From Perkinsus chesapeaki ATCC PRA-425 (taxonomy: Eukaryota > Protista > Perkinsozoa), in the NCBI GenBank assembly GCA_013115145.1, contig JAAPAO010000232.1:1-49309 (forward strand): a stretch of 49,309 bases of DNA, given 5' to 3'. This document shows positions 35,662 through 48,200 of this stretch, one piece after another (position 1 is the first letter of the stretch; each line of letters begins with the position of its first letter). Below the pieces are notes generated by a model. The model did not search any database. It saw nothing but the letters and a program-made list of their open reading frames with translations, and was not told the DNA's origin. The position numbers and the translations under genes are program-made.

Positions 35662-36139
35662 TTAAGCTCTGAAGCTCTTCTTGATGGCGCTGTACTTCTT
35701 GTTGGCAAGAGGGATCAAGTCAGGGCGGGTGAGGGCCAACTGAGCCTTGATGCTCTTCTGAGCCTTCTTAGTGTCTGATACGAGAAAACAACATGTACAA
35801 TTATTTATACCAATTCCCCATTACTCTTGGAAACACCAGTAGTGGTGTAACGATGAGTCGGCTTCTTAGTCTTCTTGCTGGTGGTAAGGACGATAGTCTG
35901 CTTGTTACCAGTGGTCTGGATGGTCAAACCACCGGCGCGGACGTTGGCAATACCGGAGTAACTGATAGAAAAGAACACTCTGAGAACATTGAGACAGCAG
36001 AAGAACTGACGTACCCAGCACGGTTGAGGTTGGTCATGTTGCCAGGCTCGGTGGTGAAGGCGGCGGTGTTGGCACGCTTCTGGATGAAGCTGTTGTTGTT
36101 GCGGACGCACTGCCAGATAAGCTGCTGGGAAGCCACCAT
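35662..36139 (-). CDS. RPL28: 60S ribosomal protein eL28, three exons (124 aa)
   Basis: LIWQCVRNNNSFIQKR...FTTEPGNMTNLN...YSGIAN; exons 36139-36015, 35961-35825 and 35774-35662 total 375 nt in frame. Confidence 0.93.
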
Positions 36140-36777
36140 TATACTGTTGTCGCGGTGAGTAACACTACTACTGAATACGGCATAAATACCACCACCACGA
36201 AACCTAAATCAGTCATAAAGCGACACGGAAAAGATACAAAAAAGGTCAATCTCAGACCACAACCATCAACAACGGACACCTGCCACTCAAACGTCCACCA
36301 AACTATCACCCCGCTACGTCCTGGATGACATTCCTAACCTTCAAGTCCAATATTATAAATGATTTTCAGACGCCCTCCGTACCTTTCTGAGGTCAAAAAA
36401 GCGGATTTTCGCCCAAGGTACCGACGCTACCCGCGAATCGATCACATGGGCGAGCGAGATTGCCAAATCTGCGCATAATTGCGACCCTGGTCCATCCGAG
36501 CTGCCCCACTTCCGGAGTTAATTTTTTCAAAGTGAATAGGGTTGTTGGGAAGCAGTTGCCGGTGCGTCTTTCTTTCTGGCGCTATTGGGAATCTTTCGGT
36601 TTCAGCCTGGTGGTTTCACCTATTTTCGGCGCGCAATTGGGCACCCTTCCAGGAAGCTAATTAAATAATTTTTATTTTAACGGCGGTATATTTTATATTC
36701 ATTAGTCTCATCTTTTATGTTATTCATTCGTTGTTTAGATTGCCGTCTTTTGTTGCTATTCTCCACCGAGGTTCCCC
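36140..36777. promoter_or_regulatory. Divergent strand-switch region; candidate bidirectional transcription-initiation zone
   Basis: Lies between RPL28 (-) and the E2 gene (+), which head two opposite multi-gene blocks; contains an AT-rich stretch at about 36656-36745. Function inferred from position only. Confidence 0.4.
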
Positions 36778-38097
36778 ATGAGCCATGAGAATGTCCGGCC
36801 ACAAGTCATCCGAGAGCTCCTCAGCCAGCTGCATCGGCAACAGCCCATCAACTTGCTTAACTCCTGTGGGCCTTGTGCCCTGCATGATGATATTCTCATC
36901 GGCCGAGCGGCTCCTGGTAGGCGTAACTCATCACGTGGTGCTCCAGTCTAGTGTTAGGTGATTTAAAGCCAAGTTGGTTGAAAGAGCGAAGAGTGTCCCT
37001 TCCGAATGGTGGCCAGGACCCTACAGAGATCCATGCAGTCATTCGTGGACCGGATGATTCTCCCTACGCTCGAGGCTTCTTCACTGTCAAGTAAGCCGCC
37101 CTTCTAATGTCTTCTTCGTATGCTGACCGTTTCAGACTATTTATCGAGGCGGGGTTCCCTCGCGCTCCACCACGAGTCGTTTTCGGCACTAGAGTGTTCC
37201 ATCCAAACGTGTGCGAACTCACCGGCGATGTGAGCCATCATCGACTCCCAAGACCGAACTCTCGTCAGGTGTGTAAATTAGCGTTACACCGGAAATGGCG
37301 TCCGGAGCAGTGGAGTCTCGAGCGTTTTATCGACGGCCTAGTTGAGCTCATGGAACAACCTTCCATGGATAAGCCTCTCAACATGACAGCGGTAGGCAGC
37401 CATCTGGTCTCTGCGGTGGAGAGCTCTCCGCTGACAGGCTCGTCTTTACGCGGCTGATCGTGATGGTTACGATCGTCGAGCTCGATTGTGTACGGTGATG
37501 CATGCCTTGCCGCGGCCACTAACTCCGGTGAAACGGCGCCGGGCCTCATCGAGCGGCACGGCAAGCGAGTATGGTGGATTTGGTGGATACCCGACGTCTG
37601 TTGACGACATTTCTCTGGAAGTGAGTCGGCTACCTGGAGAGAGGGTTGATTACTTCATTCAGGACTTCGCTGAAGATGGACTGATAGACCTGGCTGCCAT
37701 CGCTGGTGTGAAGTACCCCACAGATTTCCCACTGAGTCTCGCGACATCTGGTGACGCCCCGGAGTCGGAGTGTTCCGGTGAGAGTGGTCCGCCGTCTACG
37801 CCGTGCGCCATGAGCATCGACGGTTGCTCCGAAAGAAGTGAAGGTCCTCGTCGACGTGCCCCGCTGGAGATTGAGATTGATTCTAGCAGCGACGAAAGCG
37901 AGGGGGAGGAGTTGCAGGCTTACTGTGAGGAGGTTTTGGTGACTCCACGGAGATCAGAGCGTCGATGCTCCCCTTCATCCGAGGGTCGCAGCGCCAGTCG
38001 ACGGCTGGCTGGCACCCCCAAGGGGGGCTTATTTAGCAAAGGTGGGTTGATGAGTGCGTACGTTTGGAGAAGTTCTTGTCAGATGCATCACCGGTGA
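36778..38097 (+). CDS. Ubiquitin-conjugating enzyme E2, UBE2S/UBC22-like, with acidic low-complexity C-terminal extension, multi-exon
   Basis: N-terminus MSHENVRPQVIR, GPDDSPYARGFFTV, FPRAPPRVVFGTRVFHPNV, a Cys-containing VCK segment, DKPLN and ARLCTVMHA all parallel the UBE2S/UBC22 pattern. Confidence 0.8.
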
Positions 38098-38479
38098 CGA
38101 GCGGATCTGTACGCGTGCGCAGCTCGCGGCACTGCACCACACCGCATAGCCCGTTCCTCGGCACGCCGGTCCGATCAAAGAGAGGGCCGGGGAGCTCACT
38201 GAGAAGATTGTAAATATAGACAACTCAGCGTTGACGTTAAGTCGATGCGCTTCCTGAACACGTTCATTACTTCTGGTGTATAATTAACTTCATCTCTCAA
38301 CCCGCAGCAGCAGCAGGAGCAGCAGTCTGAGTTATCGTGCCACCATTAGTGTGAACGGTCATCTCAGCGGCTGCACCAGCAGCCTAGTTGTAGGGTGTAG
38401 CAGTTCTGCCATGACCATGGTATTGTTATGTAGTTGAGTTGTCAATACGGAACGGTTTTAGAGGTTGTTGTATTTCAAG

Positions 38480-41400
38480 ATGGTCATATCGTCTGATGCT
38501 GCTGTTGAGTGCTTGGATCGCTACCTGGCGGTGAGGCAAACTGTGACGGATGCTGGATGTGATTCTTTGGTGAGTTCCTGGTGCCGATGCGGTTAAGTGT
38601 GATTGGTAACTTCGCCGTCACCGTCGGTTTATCATAACCCGACGATGCTGTAAAAGTGTAGTCTTCTCCGGAGTTCTTTGGAAAGTTCCGGGCTTCGCGA
38701 GGGTGGTGTCATGGAAGGGAAAAAATTGGAAATATAAAATTAGCGGATCTCTCAGATGAAGCTTCCGGAGCATTTTCTAGGAACTGGTTGTCCATGATTG
38801 TCTGGCGAGCGACACACCAGGAATAGATTGATGGTCTTCTGCTGACTCACGTCATGGTTATACGGGTTCATAGAAGATGAATTCACTTACTGGGCACAAA
38901 TGTTACAATTCATCTTTACGGTCAACGTAACTTCTTCGTACAAAGATGTTGGTGTATAGGTGCTCGTGTGTGGTCCTGATGGTCGCCTTAACAGCGGTAG
39001 CATTCACTGTGTGCTGCACCTCCTGTACGGGAAAGGTAGACTGGTTGGGGTCTAGTGTAGTGAGCAGTTGCCATTAGTTGGACGCGCTCTTATCGGTTCG
39101 GAGTTCTCCGGCAGAGCCGAGGCTCTGAATGAGGTTTTTATGGTCATCACTGCAAAGGCTGATGGTTGGAGTAGTGTAGCTGCGAAGTCGATGGTGGGAT
39201 CTGACTGCTCCGCGCAAAGGTACAATTTTCTGTCCAAAAACAGTCGCGGCGGAAGTATCTGGATTAACGCGTCTCTGGTCGTGCACGCTGGTGAGGGGTG
39301 GTTATTGGGTGATTGGAGGCGAGTGAGAGTTGGGTAGGTGATGACAGCTGATTTGGAGGGAGATATCGACGAGTACGATTCCTATAAGACCGGAGCTTTC
39401 ATCAGGGCGCTGGAGGGGTCAACTAGCATTGGAGTGTGCCCGAGTGGTAGGAGTTTGGGTGGGTGCGGAGGATGGTGATGGTTGGTAGTGATGGAGGGGG
39501 AGACGAGAGAAGATAACGAGGTTAAGATGTGTGTGGAGAAATGGCCGTTGGTGAGTAAATACTGGAACCGAGAATCGAACTCGGGACCTATCGCGTGTGA
39601 GGCGATCGTCATAACCAACTAGACCATTCCAGCTGTGCTTTTTTTATTACAAAGCAGATTGCCGTGCTGACCCTGGGCTCAGGTTAAAGCTTATGGATAC
39701 GAGGATTTTGCCACCAATGGCTTTCTCACTCTCTCTCACCCCACAGTTGATCTTGGTGATACCCTCCTTGCTGGAGTCATGTCAGCTTGGACGCCGGCTG
39801 CTGTCGAACGAGCTGTTGCTGGTCAGCCAATTAAAGACTTGAGAGTAAGATGGTCTGGTTATTTATTGATTTATAATAATGTATGTGTTCATCTCTCCAT
39901 CGGCATGTGAATGGTCTGATATTGTGATGGAAATGCCCCTACTGGGAATCGAACCCGGGGCCGTGTCATGAGATTGTTGGTCAGGCTGCGTGGCAGCAGA
40001 GCATGGCCGCCGTAGAGAGGATGGATTTGAAGGGAGAAATCGTCCCGGATGAGATAGGCAAGCCTCTGTTAGAGCTCTATGAGTGGGGCATTAGCGGTAC
40101 CCGGCCTGTGGGGAGGGCCAATGGGTAGGTACGGAAGAGTGAGTGATGACGATGGTGTTGTGGGCGGCGACGGACGGCGGTTGAAGGCTGAATGCTGGAT
40201 TGAGAAGCATACCTGTGGAGGCATGGAGAAGGATGGTGATTGTATGGTGAGTGTGGATATTGGGAAGTTGATTAGAGAACAAAGTTATATAACTCTTATA
40301 CACAGCTTTTATAAATATCACTCCCTAGCACTGCGATCTTTGCAGAGTCATCATCCTTACCGTTGCTCGTGATAATATATGCAAAAAGGTAAATGACGGT
40401 ACGCAGTCCAATGGCTTAGATCTGGCTCGGCGTTCATCCGGAGACCAGCATCGCCTGCACTCGGACATACTTGATACCATCTCACAAAGCTAGTGAGGAG
40501 GACATAGATGAGATAGAAACGTTAACGCTCGAGGCCATTGGATTGGTGAAGTAGGCCTGGTTATGGTCTTGGGTAGTGTGAGGTCGATGAGCTCAGAGAG
40601 GCTGTTAGTGGTGGGGGTGTTGATTATGATGATAGAGTTAAAGTGGATTGGATCGATGCTTATGGACTGATATCCACTTCGAGGCCATCTGTGAAGGGGA
40701 CAAACTGTGCCTTCATTTCTGTAAGGCATTTGTTAGGGAAAGGGTAATGTTGCAGTGCAGGCTACTGTTACTAAGGCGGGCCTGAGGGTGATGTACGGTG
40801 ACACATACTTTGTAATAATCCTTCTGAGTTGGTCATTCCCATACTCCTGTCAGCTTCCCTCGGGCGAGGGGAGGGATGCCGTCTCGGTGACCAGGGCAAT
40901 CCCACAGTTGACACCTGCGGTTTGGGGCTGCTCCGCTGCTAGAGTAGAGGATAGGCGAGCCGTCGAGGAGGACGCTCGCAGGTCGGCATGTTTGATGGGG
41001 ACGGTGATGACCGATGGGGGTGGTAGGTTCCTAGAAGGTCACAGAGGAGTTCAGTTCGGCAGACTTTTGCTTAACTTGCGGACGAGTGAGGGAGGTGATG
41101 ACAGCGAGAGGGACGCCACGAAGAAGCTCGGCAAGCTCGCATTGGCACCTCCCGACGCAGCGAGCCGCTCGAAGGTTGGTGTTTGGTAAGGAGATCGGTA
41201 GTGGTGATTCGGACTAAGCCGAGGTCAGGAGGGCGCACGGTGGTGGTGGTGACAGGACACTTGTCGGATGCGCTCAGGAAGGCCTCGGGAAAATCAGCAT
41301 GTCCGGCGGCTTGAGAAGGTCGCAGTTTGGTGATGCATTTGTTAGATACTCACGTGGGCTGGCTTTGACAGGCCAGGGAGCTGGAGCATTGGTGGCGGAT

Positions 41401-44400
41401 CTATCGGGGGATAGTAGGATGGGTATAGTTGAAGGAGTGAAGGGAGGAGGGTGAGCTGCTGCTGGTGATGGGTGTGGTGGTGAGGGTACTTGAGGAATTT
41501 AACACCAGTGTCAACTGGTGCGCGGGAAAATATAACTTAGTGTTGTTGATTGATCATTAAACTGATATGAGCGCAAGTTGCAAGTTGTTGGACTGGTGGT
41601 GTAAAAAGCCGTGTTAGATGGGTACTATAAAGGACAAGGAGAATATGGATGAAGGGCTGTGCCGAGAATTGAACTCGGGACCTCTCGCACCCTAAGCGAG
41701 AATCATACCACTAGACCACACAGCCGATATGTTTAAACATCTATTTTCCCTGTCGTGTGGTGCTGCTGCCCAATCCCCAAACCCCTTCCTCGTCAGCCTA
41801 TGGCTCGCCGTGAACATAAAGAAGAAGTACACTTTAGTATTTCAACTTCATCGGTCGCCATTCCAATCCGGAGAAACAGAAGACTACCTTCCGACACCGA
41901 GCCGAGTATTGCAATTGTGGAAAGACAACGGTGTGCCGATTGACCTCCTGAGTGTCCACAATCTCCCCGAGGAAGTACAGCGCTTGCGCGAGGTCTCCAA
42001 AAAGTACCCTTGTAGATTGCGAGATTCCTCAACGACGAGGGAAGTCCTGGGCGGCTGGTGGCTGGCGGGGCATTACAGTGATGACTCGACTGCATCGACC
42101 TCGTGGAAGCTCGTATTTTCAGTCGCTTCACTACGCCCTGCATCGAGCCTGGCTCTGGCAAAGGAGCTCTCTTCATAGCTGGTCTACCAGGATCGGAGGT
42201 ATCCACCTGTCGTCTCGCGGCTAGACTGGCCCACCGGCTCAACGCCGAATGCCTCGGACTGTCACAGTGGAAAGATGCTGGTGAGATTGCCGACATCGAA
42301 TGGCAGTAAAAGTTATAATAGCGTCTACCAGGTGATATCCCCCGCGGCAGTGAGTTTCTGGTGGTTTGGAGTACCACCGTTGAGGATGTAACGCTCCTTC
42401 CTACCCTGTACCTGGCCTCAGGGCTGTTGTCAGTCTCTGGAGTTCATCATCGCTCTCGATAGCCAAGTTGATCTTATCGGTTTCATAGTGGCATTTTTGG
42501 ACCGACAAACGTGAGTGTCTCCGAAGATAATGTCCTCTATCGTGTCGATCCAAGATACTTCCCCTTCGGTGATGGCCAGAAGATTCGACACCCGCTGGCG
42601 GCCCGCCTTGTTCGGGCATGCAGCTTGGTGGTCCTTCCTGAGCAGAGCCAGTCTCAAGCAATATATTCAGATTTGAAGGCGATGGCCGTTTCGGTAGGTG
42701 CGCCAAAACTTGGTGAGCTGAGCGTGTCTGTTTTACCGTGGAATAGAGCGCTGGCTTGTCCACTCATAACCCGGTCAAGATGAGCAATATGCCGTCGTGT
42801 CGTCGACGAGGAAATCAATCGGAATTGTTTCGGAGCTTCGCTCATTCTGGGGAGCATATCGGTGGTGACGATTCGGTGGGAAAGTTATAGAGCTCGAAAT
42901 GTTTTGCCATTTTTCGAACCAAAGTGAACTCGGGTGATACTTCTTGGGAAATTTGAATTTGTTTATAGAATTGACTATCATTTGCTAATCGCCAGTTGCT
43001 TGCTCCTGGAGTAGCATTATTAAAAGGAAATGAAGCATCTTGATAAAATGGAAGAATGTCTTATTATGTCGTCGATAAGGTGCCGATGCTTGTTGGTGGT
43101 GAGGAGAGACCGGGAGAGGTGATCGAAGAGTTGACCGAGGGAAAGCGTGAAATAGTATGCACCTATTCGACTAGAGAAATGACACTGTTGGTCAATCCAA
43201 GACGGTCACTTGTTGAGGTTGAACTAGAGGTGGAGATGCCCTCAATCTGAGCTAAAGATATGCCTGGAGGTCAGTTGCCGACTGCTGGTCCCGGAGCAGT
43301 ACTCTCGAGAGAGAGCCTGGGTAATCTCTGCCGCCGACTCGGGCCCGGGCGACTCAGTGAATACACCGATCCCACGAAAAAGTTGGTTGCTTTCATCGAG
43401 CGATCGAGCGTGAATCGCCGAGCAGATGGCCGTTGCCCGGCGGCGCGGTGCTCCTTGCCGTGGACGCTGTCTGCGTTCTCGCGGATAGGGAAGGTTCAGC
43501 TGCTGAGCTCCTGGTTAGGGTGAAGAACAGTGAAAGTAACCCAGTAGATCGGGGAGAGTGACAGCGCTGCTTTCTATAGGGAACTGCTGGAACTATCCGA
43601 TCGAGGGTCGGGAGGACGGCGTAGTCGGAGGCCAATCGCCAAGGATTATGGCAACGTTTTTGTTGACGCATGGCGGGTGCATCGTCTCCGACCTTAAAGA
43701 GGTTGAAAAGATATTCTTGGTTCCGCGGCAGTCCACAGCGCTCAGGCGTTCTCGTCACTGTTGCTGACGAGATGCCTGCCTGAGGTCACGATACGGACTG
43801 GGCAGAACGCTGTAGGATTTAGTGGATTTCCGTTGGTCATTGGAAGGATCAGATGATTGCTGATGGAGTTAGGGAGGCTTTGATTAAAAGTGTTAAAGTG
43901 GAGGAGCTTCCCAATGGCTGGTTGTTTGATGGCACATTTTACCTGGATACCAATACTGGCCAACGTGAGCTTTAAATCGGGAAAACGGTGGCAATGGTGG
44001 CCGAGAATGATTCTTTTAAATTTTCAATGGAATCGACAGAGATCTTTTAATCTTTGAGAATCATCTAAGCGCTTGTGAGAGATCATCCTGCGGGAAACAT
44101 ATCATCACTGCTTACTCGTTCCACTTGGCACGACCATCTGGATTCAGCGTTCAACCGTATAGAGTAGATTCAACTGATCATACGGAAACGTCGACATATC
44201 TTCTGGCTTTGCAGTATTCTCAAATTCACGACTTTTCTTCATTTTCTGGGCGCAAGAGCTGCATAAGCGTCCATGAGGAGCTCTTGGTTGAACTTTTCCC
44301 TGATAATTAATTTCGACTAGGAAGCAAGCTTCGTCCGGAGGTGTCGGCGCGCCTGGCTGAGTACATCACTGTTATGCAACAGGAGGTAAATCGCTGCCAG

Positions 44401-44484
44401 GTTTCTTGGTGCAATTTGTTCGGTCAGGTCGAGGCTCATAATGCCGCAGTTGCGGTGCTGAGGAGCTCGGCGATCGTGCATTGA
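38480..44484 (+). CDS. DNAAF9: DNAAF9 / C20orf194 / Shulin-like outer-arm dynein assembly factor, many exons
   Basis: Hand-spliced exons match recalled DNAAF9 blocks in order: LVLVCGPDGRLNSGS, YKTGAFIRALEGSTSIG, VEKWPL|VKAYGYEDFATNGFLTL, EIGKPLLELYEWG, LQLWKDNGVPI, FIAGLPGSEVS, ELPNGWLFDGTFYLD, RPEVSARLAEYITVMQQE|VEAHN...*. Not all internal exons resolved. Confidence 0.8.
39560..39633 (-). tRNA. tRNA-Val (anticodon CAC), antisense within DNAAF9-like intron 39551-39682
   Basis: GCTGGAA...ATCGC-CTCACAC-GCGAT...CCGAG-TTCGATT-CTCGG-TTCCAGT-A; complete cloverleaf. Confidence 0.95.
39934..39965 (-). other. Isolated tRNA 3'-end fragment, antisense, inside DNAAF9-like intron 39845-39984
   Basis: Minus strand CCGGG-TTCGATT-CCCAG-TAGGGGC-A-TTT; no D-arm or matching 5' acceptor strand upstream. 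Confidence 0.7.
41654..41725 (-). tRNA. tRNA-Pro (anticodon AGG), antisense, within the span of the DNAAF9-like gene
   Basis: GGCTGTG-TGGTCTAGTGGTATGATT-CTCGC-TTAGGGT-GCGAG-AGGTC-CCGAG-TTCAATT-CTCGG-CACAGCC-C. Confidence 0.96.
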
Positions 44485-45283
44485 TAAAAGCATGTTGTTG
44501 ATGGTGTATCTTTTCGAAGTGCTGTAGTTGTTTTGTTGTCACTGGCAGTGGGGCTGATATCTTCATACCGACTATTTCGGCAAAGACAGAAGTTTGCTAG
44601 ATTACCCTCTGGTCATTTCAGGTATTCCTGTAATCATAAAGGAGTGTCATTCTCATCGCATTACATTCAACGTTGTCAACGTCCTTCTATCAACCATTTC
44701 TTTTCCTCTCGAGGCTCTCGAGAGAATTCGTACTTGACCGTATTTCAATTGATGGCTTCATGAGGTTTCAATCAGGCCCCTTTTTATTGGCTTCTCGCCA
44801 CTCAAGTCCCCTTAAGCATGCGCGATAGCTCTGCTGCTCGCCATCGAACCCTATTGAAGAGGTTCATCACATCCATTCCCTTGTTAATACTGTTACCATT
44901 TGTTATTACCATAATAAAACCGTTGTCTGTAATTGTTGTTGTGGCAGCAGCATCATCATCGTCGAGCGAGTATGAAGAAGTAAGTTGAGTGGATTTAGCT
45001 AACCGCTTTATGTTTATTGGGATACAGGTAGCGCCTTTTTTCCTGGGCAACGTGGGTGTTAAGTTGGCATTTCGGGAATGCCGTTTCCGTAGTACAATCT
45101 CTCCTCAGTACTCGATCGAATACTACTACGAAAATGCTGCTGCTCCACAGCTTCTTAGAAATATCCACTTGAAAGTTTCATAGGAATGTTTTTAATTCGA
45201 TGACGCTAACTACTTTATAAAATGGACGTTATTCTCTCTTGTTTAATCCATAGATATCCGAGGACGTCAGCGACCTGTGTGAG

Positions 45284-48200
45284 ATGGTAGAGCTGGGGGA
45301 TGGCACCTACTACCTCGTCGCAGCCTACAAGGAGAACGCCGTGGCGGTAAGATTTCTTTCAAGCGAAAGTCCGCCATTTCTGTCTCTCAGTTGGCCAGCA
45401 CTCGCTCTGGTTCGAAGCAACCTTATGTTCGATGCAAGCCTGTTGAGGAGCCGATCTTCCGTTCCTTTGGTGGCAAGTTTGTCGTTCAAAGCACCTGTGG
45501 ACTCTCCACTGTTCGCTTTTATTTTAAAGACCAGCATGGCGCTGCCGACTTCGCAGTGCAGTGGGGCGGCGTCACCACGGTGAGTTTTCCAAGTGTGGGA
45601 AATATCTTAAGCTTCTTGTAGGTTGAGATGGTCGAAGATTACTTGGGCAAATCGCCAGTCTTCAACTCTCCGTCGTTGGGTGAAAATTTGAAGCTGGTGA
45701 AGGCTGCCGTGGAGCATTCTCCCGATCATTACTTCGCCACTGGTCGGAGCCTCGAGGTAAGGACTTCTCGCTGGGAGACGATCGAAGAATCGATTTTTGT
45801 TGTGTTGTTTTGGCGGGGTAGTTCCCCCCACTGTCTTCTAGCTGCATTTTCCTTTCTGAAATTTTCCTTTATAAAATCTATCTTGGTTCGTCCGATATTG
45901 TTCTCCGATCGTTCGCCGCTGCCGGGAGACTCGAGATGATGGTATGTGATTATTATCCTTTCCGTTCTGTTCTACTCTGTCAAAGATTCAAAATAGGTTG
46001 ATTGAATGCCTCCAAGGCTTACGTGAAAACTAGGCACTGAATTAGATCTCGAATATCGTATGTTCTTCCTTTATTCAATCTGTGTCGTTTTCCTTCCATC
46101 TGTAAATATTATATATATCACCATTAATGAAATAATAGTAATATCACCAGATATAAATCACCATTATCTATTAATCATTCATCAGTTAATATTTACTAAT
46201 CATCGTAATATAGGGGCTCATAAAAGACAGCAATACGGAATCTCCTAAGATCTTATCTCGTCTCCAACACTATATTTTCAGTTCACTGTTGGTGGGAATT
46301 CGGAACGCATCAGCCTGGAGTGCGATCCAGTGACCGAGCAAGGTACATCTAAGAAGGGCTACTCCGCTGATGAAGGTAACCATTGAACGATCCTTCTGGT
46401 GGGCAAGGGTTCATCTGTAGCTGGCTCGAGATTCGCGGTGAAGGTTGAATGCAGCGAGAAGACTAAAGGGAGAGTCACCCTCAATATTCCTTTCGAGAAG
46501 AATTATGTGGCGAGTGACTTTGCTGCTAGTTGGGGATACTTCACTCATGCTGTAAGCTGATTAATCGATTAAAATGCTCTCACTGGGATTCGAACCTGCC
46601 TCAGATACGAGTTAACACCAGCAAGGCCGATCCTGAAATCACCGATCTTCGGGTTGAACTCAATCTCGACTCCAAGCGCCCACGCGAGCGTCTTATAACA
46701 GTAAGCGACAGTAGGGTTGTGGCCGACTTAATCCGATTCACTTTCAGTATCATTCGGTGAAGTACACTTGCGGTGCAGTATTCTTCGCTGATGAGGTTGA
46801 CGGCGCATTTTCAATGAAGGCGAACTGCGCCAAGATCGGCGTGTGGCAGCGTGAGGATGTCGAGTTCAAATTCAAAGACATCACAGAAGGTCGCAGAATC
46901 GCGTATGAGCTCGGCGGCTACCGCGGGGTAAAGATTCCTTTTGAGGTCGCTTTCTAACATGTGGTTTAGGTTCGTAGCGACCTGCTCACCAAGATCAAAG
47001 ACGGGCGTGTGTTCGGTGAAAAGAGTAGCATCGCCAAAGTGACAAGAGCTTCGGGTGAAGTCAGCCTGGCTGACGCCGAGAATACAATAAAGCAAAGGCT
47101 CGAGGTAAGGATAGGGTTTCTGATTCCTCTGAATGCCGGTCTATTAGATAACGCTTGAAGATGGGGAGACCAAGTCGATGCGCTGCCTGCCGATTGAGGG
47201 CACCAACGGTCTTCGTGCGTCATACGGCAATTTCTTGCTCCAAGCGAAATGCAGTGGACTCTTCACCGAGCTGCTCTTTGAGGACGAAATTAGTATGATG
47301 GCATTCGCTGTCGAATGGGCCGGATATCGCCCCATGGAGGAGGAGCTCCAGATTGGGTTCCGTGACAGCGCCACAGAGGTTCAGATCCAACCTCGAGGAG
47401 TCAGCGTGGCGACGGCGTTCCCGTTGGGGATGGCCTATGCTGAGCGTTGGGCGTCGTATTTGGATAGGAAGGACAGAAGACTGAAATCGAGAAGAATCTC
47501 GGTGAGGGATTCGTTGGTTGCATTCTGATAATTAATTATTAGTTTAATTATTTTTTGGGCCGGTGAATTCAAATCCATCCGGGATCAAAGCCGGATGGCA
47601 CTCCAGGATGGAAGTATGAATTTTTGCGTACTGATAAATATTCATAACGATAATCTCTCAAATGTATCTCCAACTCGCAACTCGAGCGTCGCACAGATGT
47701 GGGTTGTCTCCGGCTATCTTCAATCGGTCGTTTACTTTCTACATCAATCGCCGAAATGAAGTCTCCGAGGAAGTTGGGACGATGGTATCCTTTTATGGTC
47801 TTCCTTTCCAGATTCACATCCCGTCCTCCTACATTCGCTTCACCGAATCTTTCTATTGCCACCGTGTGAAGGAGCCAGTTCATCCAGTCGAAGCCAGCAA
47901 CAACGGCGGCACTCATTACGGTGTCACAGCCTATTGTGGTCTCATCGGCTTCGATCTGAGAGAGCCTGACCCGAGCAACTGGCAGTTGAAGGTCACCACT
48001 GTGTTCAAGGATGAAAGTAAAGCCTTGACCATGGCCAAGTGGTGGGGGGGCTACTGGGGAGTGAGTGGCTTTGCATGAGGAAAAGTTGGTATGAGAATTC
48101 GCTTTCAGATCAGCGGTCGTGATTGCCATCAATTGGATATCGACAGCAAGACGGTGGCTGGCCCGAACGGCGAGATTGTGGCGTCCGTTGAGATAGATCC

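Noticed and set aside
40020-40060. CTTCAAA (Sec-like anticodon loop) and CCCGGATGA near the 39934 fragment
   Set aside because: No flanking stems, and the segment is a coding exon of the DNAAF9-like gene.
41556-41567. TATCAGTTTAAT on the minus strand, matching part of U2 snRNA stem IIa
   Set aside because: The branch-point recognition sequence GTGTAGTA and the U2 5' stem are absent; probably a chance match.
43906-43965. WW-domain-like LPNGW...FYLDTNTG
   Set aside because: Better explained as the conserved C-terminal LPxG[YW]xxxGT motif of DNAAF9.
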